Origin: Octopus vulgaris
Taxonomy: Eukaryota
Reading direction: 5' to 3'
Assembly: GCA_951406725.2 (NCBI GenBank)
Contig: OX597823.1
Coordinates: 8,308,001-8,372,000 of the forward strand
Length of the DNA: 64,000 nt
The first letter of the stretch is position 1; each line of letters opens with the position of its first letter. The notes below the pieces were generated by a model that was given only the letters and a program-made list of their open reading frames with translations, was not told where the DNA came from and did not search any database. A program made the position numbers and the translations under genes. This document shows positions 26,315 through 40,091 of the stretch, piece by piece.

Positions 26315-26357
26315 TACAGTTGAAAAGGTCTCAAAATGACCGAAACCGGTACTGAAA
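26315..26357 (+). ncRNA. Minimal type I hammerhead, U3-A8 variant, in the PLE 3' region
   Basis: CAG-TTGAAAA-GGTC-tcaaaat-GACC-GAAA-CCG-GTA-CTG; palindromic ACCGGT stem III; ~550 bp downstream of the GIY-YIG ORF and ~50 bp before (TA)n. Confidence 0.72.
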
Positions 26358-26403
26358 GATTCACTATAAAATCATCTTAGCATTTTCTATTTTTGACTTG
26401 TTT

Positions 26404-26454
<51 letters not shown>

Positions 26455-26487
26455 TAGATAGATAGATAGATACATACATACACACAC

Positions 26488-26570
<83 letters not shown>

Positions 26571-27309
26571 TGTATGTATGTATATATGTATATGTATGTA
26601 TATGTATATGGTATTTAGATACTATAAAATGTTATACATTTATGAGTTGCCTTTGACACAGTTCTGTAGCATATATAAAATTGAGTAACAGAGAGCATCT
26701 AGTGATTACAGCTGAAAGCTTTAGCAGTGTCACATCGTGTTATGAAAATGGGGTTATCGTGTAGATTATCTTAATCTGAATCATTCCACATAAATGATGT
26801 TGTTTTCTTCCAAAATTCAAACATTATTTTCTGTTATGCAGAATGAATCTGCATAGTTATTTTCGGGGTTTAGTTGACACCCGATTTCGTGTAGCTATCG
26901 CACATGTTTCATTTACACGATTCACTTTAAGGATGTTTCAATATGGTAACCGATGTATTGCTACTTTAAAATCAATAACTTTTCTCACCAGGTTGTTTGT
27001 TTGAAACAGATTCTATTTCTATTAAGATGGCGTCAATTATTTCCCTGTTGATTTTCTCTTTGTGGCATTTTTTTTTGTTGTTGTAGAAATATATCCTTTG
27101 CGTTCTTCGTAACTATAGTATTTATATATGTTAAAATATGTGTTCACCGCCATTATCCCTTTTGAAATGCGTTAATCATATTTCAGTTAAAATTTCACAA
27201 CTTTTGCCAATGAAAGGCATTTTATAACACTTGCAATTGTTAAGCGGCCATATACGAAATTGTTACTTTATACCACGGCACTTGCACACACACCTACATC
27301 CACATACAG

Positions 27310-27360
<51 letters not shown>

Positions 27361-27589
27361 CATACATACATACATACATACATACATACATACATACATA
27401 CATACGCACACACATACATACATACATACAAACATTTATATCCATCCATCCATCCATCCATATATATATATATATATATATAGGTTTATGGTTTAAAAGA
27501 AGCGCTTATATAATTTGAGAAAAAAATTATTTTTATAAAAATAACATTAACATAAAGCTAAATTATCAATTTAATAATCTCGTTCAATA

Positions 27590-28252
27590 AAACCACCATA
27601 AGCACCAATAACTGCTCTACGTGGGAGTCGAAATCGTTTGCAAGCTCGGATTAAGTGGTCCTTGTTCATATCGGATAGGACTCGAACTATGGTGGCTTTC
27701 AAAGAATCTCTGGTGCTGTTGGGGTGTTCATTGACGTTTTTTCAACCCCTAGCGTTCAGACGTGCAGTGCGCGTTCGTCGGATTTTCGCTTTCACTAAAC
27801 GCATCGAGCAGAGATATTGCATAAAGATTTACCAAAAGTTTGGTATACTCAAGCCATAAAGCCATCCATAGGATTCTGCAGGCCTTTGACAATGATGCCA
27901 CGGGCAAAACTCAGATCAAAGAGTGTTGTAAATATGGCTGCAACTCAGTGGAGAACGAGACACGTTCAAGCAGGCCATCCACAAGCTGAAACGAGGAGCC
28001 GATTGAGAAAGTTCAGCGAATAGTCATGGGAGACCGTCGTGTAACTATTCAGGAAATTTTTTCACAAAGAAGCACAGAATCAGTGTATTCCATTTTATCG
28101 GAAGATTTCTGCATGGGGAGAGCGTCAGCGAAATTCGCCCCCAAGGTGCCAACGGAACAGCGGAAGTAAAGCTGCGTGGAAATCTCTGTGCACACAACAA
28201 CGCAGGCTTCGTGAATATCATCATCACTGATGATGGGACATGGCTTTATGGT
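27590..28252 (+). mobile_element. Mariner transposase 5' half (decayed), ending at a SINE
   Basis: RIEQRYCIKIYQKFG, RSSRPSTS, KVQRIVMGDRRVTIQE, SAKFAP, IITDDGTWLYG. Confidence 0.82.
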
Positions 28253-28254
28253 CT

Positions 28255-28402
28255 CAGCTCAACTGGTACTTAATTTATCGACCCCGAAAGGATGAAAGTC
28301 AAAGTCGACCTCGGCGGAATTTGAACTCAGAACGTACCGGCAGACGAAATACGGCTACGCATTTCGCCCGACGTGCTAACGTTTCTACCAGCTCGCCGCC
28401 TT
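28255..28402 (-). mobile_element. SINE family D, 3'-truncated
   Basis: Reverse complement of the D head and central domain. Confidence 0.88.
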
Positions 28403-28700
28403 AAGTTTTATTACTTATAGTAATATTTTTATACATACCTTCCGTTTTTTTATCTAATATTTTATGCCTTCAGTTGAAAACACACACACAAGCACACACA
28501 CACACACAGGCACACACACACACACACACACACAAAGCGGAAGCTCTCCATTGTTCTGTTACCAATTTCTTGGTGCTTAGGTACTTCCAACGAAAATAAT
28601 TCGAGAGACTTCTCTAATATTGATTTGTTTTGCAATGGCATAGGACAAAAGTTTATAGGAGAGGATAAAGGCAGAGAGAAAAAGAGAAAGAAAGATAGAT

Positions 28701-28764
<64 letters not shown>

Positions 28765-30209
28765 AGAGACTAAATACACATTTTAGCAAAGATATAGGTT
28801 CCAGTTATAGACATATATTTTAATCTTTATACAAAATATATCGTCACAGTCACTTTACTACTGAACTATTGAAGCAGTCAGTATGTAGTAGTACAACTTG
28901 TAAGAAAGAGCAACCAGTTTTCCTCGTGTCAGCTGATAGTCACGTCATAGTATTAACTGATACAGTCTTGAAATATATCAGCAAAACTGGGTTGCCTTTG
29001 ACTATAGGCTGGTTCGTTCGATCTTTGAATAAATAAGAACAGCTATAAAAACAACACATTTTACTAAAAATAACAACTAAATCTTCAACATGTCAATCTT
29101 TACCATCTTAAAAGAAAGGAAGCCCGAGTCTGAAAGGAAAAATTAAACATTATGGTCATGGATGTAGCGACTTTTTAAAAAAAATATAAGTCTGCTTGGT
29201 CAGCGACGTCTTGTGCTAATCAGCAACATGGGAAACTGCAAAAATTTTAATTATGATTAATACAAAAAGATAAAAAGAACAGGCATAGCTATCCGGACAC
29301 AACGTCATCGCGGTTTTGCACTCTCATTAGAAACATGTGAAGAGGAATGAACATCATAACTACTCATTTAATCTTTCTATTTGCTCCAAAGTGGAGGCCT
29401 TGTGTCAGTGTAAAAGATAATTTTAGCGCTGTTTACATCTGAATATATTTTCTCTCTTTGTATTTTTATCGATTTCAGTCAATCGAAATGTTTGAATTGT
29501 TTCTCAGCAATATTGTCTATTTTCTTCTAACAGCTTCTAATCTATCATGACAGCTTACATGAAATATTCATGGCCTCTTTTACATAATGCTTTTCAGTGG
29601 GAGAAAATAGAAGCAAAGATCAAAGCATGAAAACATTGGATTAATAACTTCTACTATTGGGCAAAACGAAAATATTAAAGTGACCTTTAAAACAAATAGT
29701 TTTGATAAAAGTTTTGTTTTAAATTTCCTTATAAAAATTTTGCTTTGTTTTGAAAATATAAAAAAAGAAAGACTTCTAACTGAAAGATATTTTTATGGAA
29801 ACTTCAATCATCATTACAAACAAAAGAATTTTGCATTATTTTTCCTCTCAATGTTCTCTGAGATATTCAACATCTCCACCAGCCTAATTTGGAGTACATA
29901 TTGATATTAAGATGCAAGTGTATTCCAATGCCCATTAAATTATAATTACTGTATATGTGAATATTTAATATCTTGCAAACAACTTAATTATAATTATTTT
30001 AAAGTACTCACGACATGTTTCACAATTTATTCGTTAAAAGTTGATGGTTTACTCAACCATTCATCTGAATTTCTCGCTTTTGTGCGTTCGTAGAACAAAC
30101 GCACAAAGCGAGGCATCGTGAGTAACGAGAGAATGAAAAATCAGTTTCGAATGAATGATTATATTTTACATGTGCACTTCCCCTGTCAGTGCGCGAAAAC
30201 ACGTGTGTA

Positions 30210-30540
30210 TATGCATACATACAGACATGCATACATACAGACATGCGTGCATACATACATACATACATACATACATACATACATACATACATACATACAT
30301 ACATACATACATGCATACACACTCACATACATAGATACATACATACATACATACATACATTCATACATACATACATACATACATTCATACATTCATACAT
30401 TCATACATACATACATACATTCATACATTCATACATACATACATACATACATACATACACACTCACATACATACATAGATACATAGATACATACATACAT
30501 ACATACATGCATACACACTCACAAACATACATACATACAC
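30210..30540. repeat. (CATA)n tetranucleotide microsatellite
   Basis: Direct inspection; similar tracts at 27313-27482, 31610-31810, 33140-33292 and 39023-39347. Confidence 0.97.
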
Positions 30541-30584
30541 AGTCGTGGCTGTGTGGTAAAAGGCTTGCTTCCCAAATATACGTT

Positions 30585-30733
30585 TCCAGGGGCCATGCAA
30601 GTTTACCATAGATGGGAGAGAATTGTAGAAAATGAAGGAGAATATATTTTAGACAAAAAAGGACTCTGTTTATCTTAATTTTGAAAAATAAAAGAAGTAT
30701 AAAAAAACTGCAGTATTTATGGGAAGACCCAAT
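30585..30733 (+). mobile_element. Mariner 3' end fragment with TIR
   Basis: SLP*RWERIVENEGEY-like C-terminus, then TIR ...TTTATGGGAAGACCCAATA. Confidence 0.6.
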
Positions 30734-30760
30734 ACATACATACATACATACATGCATACA

Positions 30761-30796
<36 letters not shown>

Positions 30797-30799
30797 TAT

Positions 30800-31606
30800 T
30801 GTAGCATGGCAGTTTCAGCCATTTTGAAAAATGACTGTAGCGGTCTCTGGTATCCTCATTGTTTGAGTGAAATAATAAGAATGATCTCGTTTGAGATTAC
30901 AAACATCTTTGACCAAGTTGTTCCAGTTGTAACCACTAACCTGATTGGTTGACATGTGACGCGATTTGTCTCTACTCATTTCGCGCCACTGTCCCAAGCC
31001 AACCAATCACGGCCTTTGGTTAAGGTCCCATTTCTTAGGCTCGTTTGAGCTACCTTTCTTGTATATAAGGGAGTGTTTTCAGTATACTTGGTCTTTGGTT
31101 CCAGTCCTTGTAAGGACTAACTTCAGACCACAGCACTACTCAACCCAGCGATATACGATTGCTCCTGCTACAACTAGCGACAACGCTAATGTACACTCAC
31201 CGCAGAAAGCCTACTATCTTCGCTGTCGCCACCATCATGTACCAACTTCGAGTCGCCTCTAACATCTTCGCCATACGAACTGTAAACCAATTTCCATCAT
31301 TAACTCTATGCATTGTACCTTTCTATGCCACACGCATTCACCCTGATTGTATCTGTCACACACACGAACACACAGACACAAAATTGTGTTGCATACGCAC
31401 ATACGTGCCAACACTTGCAAACTTCTAACATTAGCACGATTGTAAATAACATAATATTTATCTCTCAACCGAAGGCTTGTCGTCAATTCACCTATGTTCT
31501 TTTGGTACTGCATTGTATTTATGGCTTATAATAATTCGTTAAGAATATGACCACGTACGATCGTATTCCCTACACAATGCGATCACGTGCGTTCATATTT
31601 CTTACA
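30800..31606 (+). mobile_element. Solo LTR (Gypsy-like), ~807 bp
   Basis: TGTAG...TTACA termini with ATAT on both flanks; CCAAT (~31003) and TATATAAG (~31062) motifs; GC-richer than the flanks. Confidence 0.65.
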
Positions 31607-31669
31607 ATATATATGTATGTATTTATGTATGTATGTATATACACACACACACACATATATATATATATG

Positions 31670-31701
<32 letters not shown>

Positions 31702-31747
31702 TGTATGTATGTATGTATGTATCTATCTACATATACATACATACATA

Positions 31748-31810
<63 letters not shown>

Positions 31811-31937
31811 GTGCGTTATCCACATTTCAAGGATAGAACTTTGTATTTTTGTTAGAAACTAGTTACTGTTTGGCCGAAAGAATTCAAATAATCAAAGACA
31901 GATGAAAACGCACGCACACACATGCACACACACACAC

Positions 31938-31980
<43 letters not shown>

Positions 31981-31981
<1 letters not shown>

Positions 31982-32200
31982 TTTTTCTTTTATTCTTTTA
32001 TTTAAGTCATGCGATTGCGGTCATGCTGGGGCACCACCTTGAAGGGTTTTAGTCGAACAAGTCGACTACAGGAATTATTTCTTAAACCCTGGTACTTATT
32101 CCATCGGTCTCTTTTGCCTAAGTTACAGAGACATAAACACACTACCACCGGTTGTCAAGCGTTGGCGGTGGGGATAAACACAGACAGATACACACACACA
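31981..32200 (-). mobile_element. SINE family A 3' portion (diverged)
   Basis: GCGGTCATGCTGGGGCACC, GTACTTATTCCATCGGTCTCTTTTGCC, CGGTTGTCAAGCG. Confidence 0.75.
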
Positions 32201-32384
32201 GTAAGAAGAAAAAAAAGGAACTAAAAAATCCAGGTAGATATCAATAAAGCACTCAGTTTTAAACGAATTTGATTAACTCTTCTATCAAACAATCACACAC
32301 CAATATATGCAAGTAGAATATACACCCAAGTTATCATTTAAAAGAATTTCAAGAAATTCAGAGTATTTGACAACAAAAATAAAA

Positions 32385-32728
32385 AGGGTAAAGACCCCTT
32401 CGGTCATGAGTGACCATGGGTTTGCACCTAGAGAGTTACCATCTGAGGCACAAGTCTGGGCAAGGTTGTTTTTTATGGAAGACCAGTAGTCGCCCATGCA
32501 TACCGGCCTCCCCCCTCCACGCCACCAGTATTATCCAAGGGAAAGACAAAGGTCGATACAGCTTGGCACCTGTGACGTCGAAACTCATTTCTACATCCGA
32601 GTGAACTGGAGCAACGTGAAATAAAGTGTCTTGCTCAAGAACACAACACGTAGCCCGGTCCGGGATTCGAGCTCACAACCTCACGATCGTAAGCTCGACG
32701 CTCTAACCACTGAGCCATGCGCCTTCAC
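32385..32728 (-). mobile_element. tRNA-derived SINE family E
   Basis: Minus-strand head GAAGGCGCATGGCTCAGTGGTTAGAGCGTCG...CTCGAATCCCGG (A/B boxes), then GTGTTCTTGAGCAAGACACTTT; ACAAAAATA on both flanks. Confidence 0.85.
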
Positions 32729-32949
32729 ACAAAAATACCGATAGAGAAAATCACATCTTTAATTGTTTCTTTTGTATCAACATATTTAGAAATAGAGAAT
32801 ATCATTCAAATGAACATATCCGAAAATACATGTTAACACAACGTTTTCAAGGTAATCCAAAATTAGTTAAATTAAAAGTAAATTTTCTCTATCCGTATTT
32901 TCGTTGTTATGTATATATAACCTCTGTTTTTGCATTCATGCGCCATGCT

Positions 32950-33140
32950 GGGCTGTGGAAATCTACAAGTTATTTTTCATTCTCTCTCTGTTTATTTTCT
33001 CCTATTCTTTTCTGCTGAAGAGCGTAGGCTCGAAACGTAAAAGACTTTTCCATTTTTTCCCGTGCATCAAAATAATACACTTGCTGGTTTCTCATACACC
33101 TGTCTTTATCTTTTATTTGTCTATAACTTTTAACCACAAA
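32950..33140 (+). mobile_element. PLE terminal-repeat fragment with a hammerhead-like motif at 33008-33043
   Basis: TTTT-CTGCTGA-A-GAGC-gtag-GCTC-GAAA-C-GTA-AAAG; homologous to 42490-42660. Confidence 0.65.
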
Positions 33141-33154
33141 CACACACATATATG

Positions 33155-33186
<32 letters not shown>

Positions 33187-33256
33187 TGTATGTATGTATG
33201 TATGTATGTATGTATGTATGTGCGTGTGTGTGTATGTATGTATGTATGTATGTATG

Positions 33257-33296
<40 letters not shown>

Positions 33297-34317
33297 CTTA
33301 CTGTTAATAAGCTTCAGGTAGTGTGCTGCGTACCGTTACATTGTAAATAAATAATAGCTAAAAAACGTATACGTATAAGACACAGAGGCTCTCTAATTCT
33401 TCATCAGTTATCAATCATAATAGCAATTCACAGTTTCGCGCCTTTAATGATAAGACTGAGGGTCTTCCCATTTTGGCGGTGCCTGCGAAAGACGCAGGCA
33501 ATCGGGTCTCAATATGTATATATACGACGGTTTTTTTTTCAGTTTCCTCTAGAACATGGCTTTGGTCTGCCCGCGTCTACAGTAGGTGGCACTTGCCCAA
33601 AGGTGCTACGCTGTGGGTTTGAATCCGGAACCATGTGGTTAGGAAGCAAGTTCCTTACCAACACACTCATGCCTGCGTCTATATGTACACACACACATAC
33701 ATACACACGCACGCTACACACACAGACACGTATATATCCATATATATACATATATGTATATATATATATATATACATATACCTATATGTATTATATATTT
33801 ATAGTTATTTTTATCTATCTATCTATCAATCTATCTATTTGTGTGCCTATCCATTATTATTATTATCTCATACACATACACATAGCTTATATAGATTTAT
33901 ATATTTCGTTGAAGTCTGTACTGAATTCAGTTCAACAGACGGTTGGCTATGGAATTTCGATTTGATTTCGTTTCTAAAATTAGTGTTTTCCAAAGCCAAT
34001 GTACTGAAGGGGCGTCTCTCTTGAGCTTAGATATTCAACTTTGTCTGCGTATGTTGGTTGTGATTAGCAGTTCACATGTATATGGCATGAAACATTGATG
34101 CAATTAAGATGTTAGTTTTGCTAAGTCCTATGATACTCTCGAGTTTAGTGTATCACAGGCATTAATACATTTGTGCACATTGATTTACTATGAAATTCCA
34201 GTGATATCTATTTCCGGTATTTGTAGATTAATTTCTTGAAGTAACAAATACTTCACCTTTGCGATGCAGAAACATATTCGCTTTGTTGTTTCCACATATC
34301 TACAACTCTAAACGCAA

Positions 34318-34622
<305 letters not shown>

Positions 34623-35019
34623 ATAGTAATTTATATTTACATAGATCTTATATTTGTAGGAAAGTACATACTGAAGTGAATCAATCTTAGTACGTATTTT
34701 ACTACTATGAATTGCAACAATGAGAACCAAGTCAGACATGGCGGAATATGAATTCTAACTATCGTGGAATTAAACTAACTACTGGCTTAATTATTATGGC
34801 ACTCAACTATGTTTCTCTTTCTCTCGTCCTTGCACGGCATATATTGTTTCTGGTTTTGGCACAAAGCCAGCAATTTTGAGAGGAGAAAGAGTAGTTGATG
34901 CTATCGATTCCAGCGTTTGACCGCTGTAGAATTTGATCTCACGATGTAAAGAAAAGGACCAATTATCGCAATGTATTTTGCCGATGTTATAGCTATTCTA
35001 CTAACCTACTACTCATACT

Positions 35020-35231
35020 GGTTTCAAATTTTGGTACAAGACCAACAATTACGAGAAAAGGGTAAGTCGATTACATCGTCCCCAGTGCTCAACTGGTACC
35101 TATTTCATCGACCCTGTAGGGACGAAAGGCAAAGTCGACTCCGGCGCCATTTGAACTCAGAACATAAAGTCGGAAAAATGCCGCCAAGCATTTCATTCTC
35201 TGCGGAAACGACTCTGCCAACTCGCCACCTT
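35020..35231 (-). mobile_element. SINE family D variant (diverged)
   Basis: GAAAGGCAAAGTCGAC..CGGCG..ATTTGAACTCAG..CTGCCAACTCGCCACCTT; a more decayed copy lies at ~34850-34990. Confidence 0.75.
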
Positions 35232-36207
35232 AATCCACTACTCATATAAAAAAAAATACGAGTAAATTTCGAAACACACATGTACATACACAAACACACT
35301 CGTTTATACTCGTTCCCACAGAAATATAACAGAATTTAAGATGAGTAAATTTTATTTTGTGTTAAGCACTGCCATAAAATTTAAACCTTATAGTAATTCC
35401 AGAAAAATATGTTGTTCAAAGTATGTTGTTCAAACAAGTTTTCATACGACTGTAAACAAATTATTATCTCCAACCGCTCCGCTATCATGTTAATAAGGTA
35501 TGTAAGAAATACTGTGAGGGAAATGTAGAGATAAAGTAAAATAAAGCAAAAAAAAAAGAGAAAGAAAAAAATTGCCGTCAGATATAAAGAGATTTTAATG
35601 AAATTCATTTGATCGACGTTCATGAAAGCCTGAGGTTAGTTTCTAGTTAAGTAACTACTGTTCACTCTGAAGTAATATGGTCATATGCAGTTACTTTAGT
35701 ATAAGTAAGATGGAAGCTCACATATATTGCAACCGGAGGGTATATTTATCTCCCCTGTTTTTCATTTCACGGCAGAATTACATCTCTTACGCACTGTGAT
35801 TCAGAAGTTCATATTTTATAATTGATTTGTCTTGGAAGTGAAGGTAAGAATATAATGTTTAGTGAAGCGAATGTATATTATCGAATATCAACAGTTAATA
35901 AGATGGGTTTGCCCCTAATTTTAATATGATTTCTTATCAAATATCAAAGTATATACAACAGTACTGAATTAAATCAAAATGCATGAAACAACACCGAGGC
36001 AAACACAGGATGACCTAAATTATTGAAGACAAATCTACAATTTTAATTAGACTAATCCATTCTCAAATATATTTGTAACTATAAGCATGTAAATATGTAG
36101 AAAAAACTACAGGATCATATTACATTACACAGAAATTGTAGTGAACCATTCTATACACATCCCTTCTTAAATTCTCCCGCCTCTACATCTCAAATCCGTT
36201 GTCTTAG

Positions 36208-36291
36208 ATCGAAAGCTGAATCTACCCATCTGAAAATTGTCTCACTGGCCTGCACTCGTTCTCATACACACAGAAGCGCCAAAAATACAGG
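36208..36291 (+). other. Candidate 84-nt exon
   Basis: Acceptor TCCGTTGTCTTAG and donor GG|GTGAGT; one open frame (SKAESTHLKIVSLACTRSHTHRSAKNT); no homology recognised. Confidence 0.22.
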
Positions 36292-37677
36292 GTGAGTACT
36301 TTTTAATTTCCTGTCGAGAGGATTACGTCTAATGTTTCAGAACCTTTCTACCCAACTTACAAAAGCTCTCATCCTTTACTCATCACGCACGCTTGCAATC
36401 GCTAGTGTGGCCTTCTACATTGTTATTCAGCCAACTAGTATTAACAAATATTCATCAGTTCACACCATGCTTAATTAAAAAAATAGTATTCATTGAATAA
36501 TATAATTCTAGATACAATATATTCTAAGACAAATGGTCACAGATAGGATTCTTTGATCAAATGTCTGCTCACTCTTAGTAACAGAACACCCGTTAATCAG
36601 AAACTGTATTACTTCCATTGCCTTGAAACTAAGTAGCCACAACTCTTCATTATCGTCATTAAACCTTTCAACGCCTTCTCGCTCCCCAGGGAATCTATAT
36701 TATCTAAGAAAGACACCATAGTGGGTCTCATAGCCAAGAAAATATGAGGTACATTGCAACATGCTCTATTTCTCCTTTTCTGGAGAATAGCGACATTACG
36801 TAAAGATAACAGCGACGTCACAGATAGCCAACCCCATCACTCTAGGTCTGTCTTCATTTTGTGATCATAAGTACAGTTTCTGTAGTAATATACTGCAGTT
36901 ATTTTCGTCTTAATTACACGTCTGTGGTCCGTTACACTTGAGAACTTCAATGAAAACAGTGCCGCCATTACACATAGCATCAACAACCCATCAACAGAAT
37001 GAGATATGGGAACATCCTTGTTACGTGAATCTACCACGAGTTTTATTTCTATTTCATGTATCTTGGAAGTTAACTTTCAGAACACTCCACCTCTGCCTGA
37101 ACTGTTGAAACTTTTGCCTGACTACATTCTATCAACTGCTATAAAGTTAATTCGTCTCTTGAACCACTACCTTTGTATATTAATCACCTAGTTGCTGTTA
37201 ATTCCAACCACGCAAACACCTGTTGTCATATGAATACGATAACAAAATTCTTTTTTTCATTAATTTCTACTCACAGTCGTTATTCATACATAACCTTAAT
37301 ATCTTAAATCAGATATGTCTTGTTTTAACAAACAGAAATCTTAAAAATTTTTGCATATGAGAATATGAGAATTTCAACAGAACAAATACATATTTGATAC
37401 ATGTATAATAGAAAAAGTATTGCACCGTGCACATCCTCTTTCACACGAACAACATATAACTAGATAATTCAAAACAGCTTCAATTTTTAATTCTCAATCT
37501 TTGAAGGTGATATTACAAATAGGTTTGACAAAACTGCACCACTGCAAGGTTAAAAAAAAATTCACTAATTAGGAAGTTGAAGCGAGAATCACATCAGAGT
37601 ATGACTCACTTATCTTGGGCAGTACTACTGTTGTAGGCAAACCGTAGGTAGCTAGTGGTATAAGCATCATTAATTAA

Positions 37678-37896
37678 CCCTTTAGTATTTGATAATTCTG
37701 TCAAATGTTCTGCTTATTTATTCGTATTGTTTTGAATTAATCATGCATAATGTCTTAACTTTGAGATTTCAATGATGTGATTGTTTATTTTTAGAATGAC
37801 ATTATAAGATAGGTGTGAGAGGTTGGTTCTGGATGGTTTGAATCTAAAATAGCTAGAATACTTGGGCCTGATATGACTGATTTAAATTCCAGAGGG
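37678..37896. mobile_element. piggyBac-type MITE (219 bp)
   Basis: TTAA-CCCT...AGGG-TTAA termini with TTAA TSD (37674-37677, 37897-37900); no ORF. Confidence 0.75.
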
Positions 37897-38299
37897 TTAA
37901 ATGCAAAAACAGGACATCCAGTTAATTGGTAAAATCCACTGACAATCATCTATTTCAAAGGGCGTAGTGAGAGGAGGAAGTGCAGTGACAAGATCTTTTA
38001 CAGAGACTTCAAGGGGAGTGGGTCGCTTCAACTTCTAAGTTTCTGCAGCAGAAAGAGTCACATCAGAATGTGAAGTTATCTTCATACTAGTGATCCGGAC
38101 CTCATCAAATACATCGAAAGGCCAGGTGAAATTTCATCCAACGAAAGATTTAAGTCTACTCCAAAACATAACACGGGCTTACTGTTTCTTCTCTTCCATT
38201 TCTGCCTCTCGTACAACGGCTTCTGTTAGTCTAAACTGACATGCTACCTACAGTCTACATTCGTTGATTAGCTCTTTTCATTTCTCGTCATCTAGGATT

Positions 38300-38600
38300 A
38301 TCTACATGGTCGCTCGATCCGATAAAAATAGTGGCCAAATCTCCCGCTCACATCACATTTTATTCTAACGTATTCTGTTATATGGAGATGTACATGCATA
38401 GTGAGTGACTTGATCTGAGATCGTGTGCTGGAAGGAAAACAATTGCAGCGTGGACGAGATGCAGCACGAAGTTTTGTCAGTGAAGAGGTCGCGGTCTGAA
38501 AGCGACGAAAATATTTTGACAAATTAAATTTAAATGTTGAAATGAATCTAACGGTTTTTGTGTGTTTCTTAAATGGCTTATAAACATCTTCCACGCAATT
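38300..38600 (+). mobile_element. PLE-type terminal-repeat fragment with a hammerhead-like motif at 38473-38523
   Basis: TTTGTCA-GTGAAGA-G-GTCGC-ggtctgaaa-GCGAC-GAAA-ATA-TTT-TGACAAA; 7-bp stem I, 5-bp stem II. Confidence 0.6.
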
Positions 38601-39076
38601 GTATTCTATTTTATTCTTATTTTATTTTCACTTAATCTAACTTAAAAGGACAGGCGTATTAAAAGTGTTTGCCAAGATGTACAAACGGACAGGTCTGGAA
38701 AACCTTTGATAAAAAGTTTCCCGATTCAGGTTCATCTGAGGTTAAACAAAAAATAATTTCCCGAAATTCGTACCGCAACGATAATTTCTCTACAGAAGTT
38801 AAAAACTGAACTACAATCGTCATGGATACGGACTTCATAATACCAACACCAAAAACATTAACACACGATACATATACATTTCTATGCAAATATACTTACA
38901 AACATATACTCATATGCCTAGAAACTCATACATATACACACATATGGGAGTGTTTCTTCCTTTAAACACACGGACACGCACACATATTTTAATATCTTAT
39001 GTGTTTATATATACGTAGGTACTTATTTATGTATGTATGTATGTATGTATGTATGTATGTATGTATGTATGTATGC

Positions 39077-39109
<33 letters not shown>

Positions 39110-39141
39110 TGTATGTATGTATGTATGTATGTATGTTATGC

Positions 39142-39172
<31 letters not shown>

Positions 39173-39206
39173 TGAATGTATGTATGTATGTATGTATTTA
39201 TGTATG

Positions 39207-39239
<33 letters not shown>

Positions 39240-39865
39240 TGTATGTATGTATGTATGTATGTATGTATGCATATGTGTATGTATGTATGCTGCATATATG
39301 TATGTATGTATATGCATTTATGTATGTATGTATGTATGTACGTATGTAATGTGTTACTGAAAGTTATTTGAATTGTAATTTATTGTTCTGAAAGAAAACA
39401 AAACATTGACTCTAGATTTAATTGAATTTATGGGAAGATATTAATTTTTTTACTTGTTACTTCAAACTGAAATTGTTTCGTATCCCAGTGGCAATGTTTC
39501 TCCTTTAGATTTTATATAAAATGTGTGAGTTGTTATGAAAACAATCCTTTTATGAGTTCATCATATAACGAACAGAATAATGCTGCATCAGGAGAAATAC
39601 ATTAGAGATCAACATTTAGCACAGAAGATGCGAGAAAATATATACATAAACACTCCCAGTCATTCGTTCTCACACGATATACACATGTATATATGTGCAT
39701 GCAAATCTGCACGTAAAGAAATGCAGATAAACAGACAGACACACAGACATACACACAAACGTACGAGTGTTCAACATCGTATTGATGGATGAATATATTT
39801 CATTTGTGAATATATATACATATATATGTACACACACAGACACATACACATGTATATGTATATAA

Positions 39866-39928
<63 letters not shown>

Positions 39929-39981
39929 ATATGTATAGCTCATTATAGAATCAATCAATGAATCAATATATATATGTATTA

Positions 39982-40042
<61 letters not shown>

Positions 40043-40091
40043 ATATATATATATATATGTATTTATATATGCATGTATATATATATATATA

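Noticed and set aside
36609-37037. Two consecutive in-frame minus-strand ORFs
   Set aside because: Separated by a stop, with no recognisable domain; possibly old TE sequence.
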